The notes under the pieces: model-generated
What the model was told of the DNA's origin: nothing
What the model saw: only the letters and a program-made list of their open reading frames with translations
The model's database searches: none
Origin: Synechococcales cyanobacterium VAR_4_metabat_354
Lineage (GTDB): Bacteria > Cyanobacteriota > Cyanobacteriia > Cyanobacteriales > Chamaesiphonaceae
Reading direction: 5' to 3'
Assembly: GCA_031414775.1 (NCBI GenBank)
Contig: JANOQI010000033.1
Location: forward strand, 30,581-94,580
Length of the DNA stretch: 64,000 bases
Shown: positions 62,942-64,000 of the stretch, piece by piece
How positions within the stretch are numbered: the first letter of the stretch is position 1
How the letters are laid out: the number at the start of each line of letters is the position of its first letter
Translations under genes and position numbers: made by a program

Positions 62942-64000
62942 TCAGCCTTTAATTAACTTCTTAACCGCAGCCATAATCCCAGCCGGATCAATACCTTGAT
63001 GTGGGAACTGCTCCCACAAACCACCACAACCCTCAACATGAGTACCAAGATGATTATAGTTAGGCTTATAACCACGCTCCAATAACTGCGAACCGAAGCG
63101 ACTACCCAAACCAGTTTTACGGTTAAAAGATTCCACCACCAATACCATTGGTGACTTCCCAATCTTTGCCATCATTTCTTCATCGATCGCATTCAAAGTC
63201 GGCTTATTAATCAAGCCCACATCAATGCCCTCTTGCTTCAGGCGTTCTACCGCATCTAAGGAGCGATATAAGGCTTCACCAAAACTGACAATATAGCCTT
63301 GAGTACCTTCCCGAATTACTTCATCTTTACCGGAAACAAACTTGTAATCGCCGCCGAAGAAATCTTTGCCATTAGTATCTAAAATAGCGGGTACTTTAGA
63401 ACGAGTGGAGAATACAAACCGCAAACCAGGATTGTGGAAAATGGTTTCCAAGCAAGCCATCATTTGATTAGGATCAGCGGGAAAATACAGATTAGTCGCA
63501 AAACCATCGCTCAAACCATTGTCGGCGAACATATTGTTCAAACCGAAGTGGCAAGTGTTATCGGCCATGTCATCAATCCCAGAGTGGGAGAAGTGACTGA
63601 GGACGTTGGAATTGTTCAACCGCGCCATCGTGATTTCGGAAATACACATTTCCAGGAACGCGCTGAAGGTGCCGAAAATCCCTTGTTTGCCTAGTTCCAT
63701 GCCGAATCCAGCGGCGGCGGAGACGTTACCGCGCTCCATGATGCCGGCGGAGATGAAGATGTCAGGATAGGCATCGTGAATCTTTTTCAGACCGCAGGAG
63801 CCTTCGAGATCGCTATCGATCACCTTGACTTTTTCGACGCGCTCGGCTTCACTCATCCGTCCGAGGATGGCGACAGCAGCATCGCCGAAGACGTTGCGGT
63901 TGGCATCCCATTTATCGCTCGAACCCATGAATGTATAGGTATTCTTGGGTGCGGTGATGCCTTTGAGGTGGTCTGCTGCGGCTTGTTGACTGTGGGATTC
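62942..64000 (-). CDS. Transketolase-like ThDP enzyme, C-terminal part (5' end beyond window)
   Basis: DSDLEGSCG, GIMERG, TFSAF, HSG..D...H pyrimidine-binding domain; C-terminal domain with G.EA, INKP, VVE. Confidence 0.8.
   Translation of the reverse strand, partial: ESHSQQAAADHLKGITAPKNTYTFMGSSDKWDANRNVFGDAAVAILGRMSEAERVEKVKVIDSDLEGSCGLKKIHDAYPDIFISAGIMERGNVSAAAGFGMELGKQGIFGTFSAFLEMCISEITMARLNNSNVLSHFSHSGIDDMADNTCHFGLNNMFADNGLSDGFATNLYFPADPNQMMACLETIFHNPGLRFVFSTRSKVPAILDTNGKDFFGGDYKFVSGKDEVIREGTQGYIVSFGEALYRSLDAVERLKQEGIDVGLINKPTLNAIDEEMMAKIGKSPMVLVVESFNRKTGLGSRFGSQLLERGYKPNYNHLGTHVEGCGGLWEQFPHQGIDPAGIMAAVKKLIKG

Overview
A 64 kb chromosomal window from a cyanobacterium, judged from the photosystem I genes psaC/psaF/psaJ/psaL, ndhM, rpaB, chlP and frequent HIP1-type (G)CGATCG(C) palindromes. 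Most of it is housekeeping: glmM, mnmG, gcvT, a class A PBP, tyrS, nadA, queC, tsaD, rpe, mltA, argD, murG, dacB, tRNA-Pro(UGG), tRNA-Leu(UAG), and a cobalamin-riboswitch-led cbiMNQO operon. Small accessory islets carry four type II toxin-antitoxin pairs, an orphan antitoxin and a transposase remnant. The most striking locus is 15.6-18.7 kb. A small Bell/HeLL-like helical protein ends in an N/Q/G-rich motif that is repeated (14/32 identical residues, ungapped) at the N-terminus of the adjacent nSTAND1 (NLR-like) NTPase, the hallmark of amyloid-signalling effector/NLR pairs. Instead of a TPR/WD40 sensor, this NTPase carries a transmembrane helix and an AT-rich, frameshifted periplasmic-binding-protein-like domain, suggesting an envelope-sensing NLR/amyloid system. 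All calls come from reading motifs by eye; no database searches were run.
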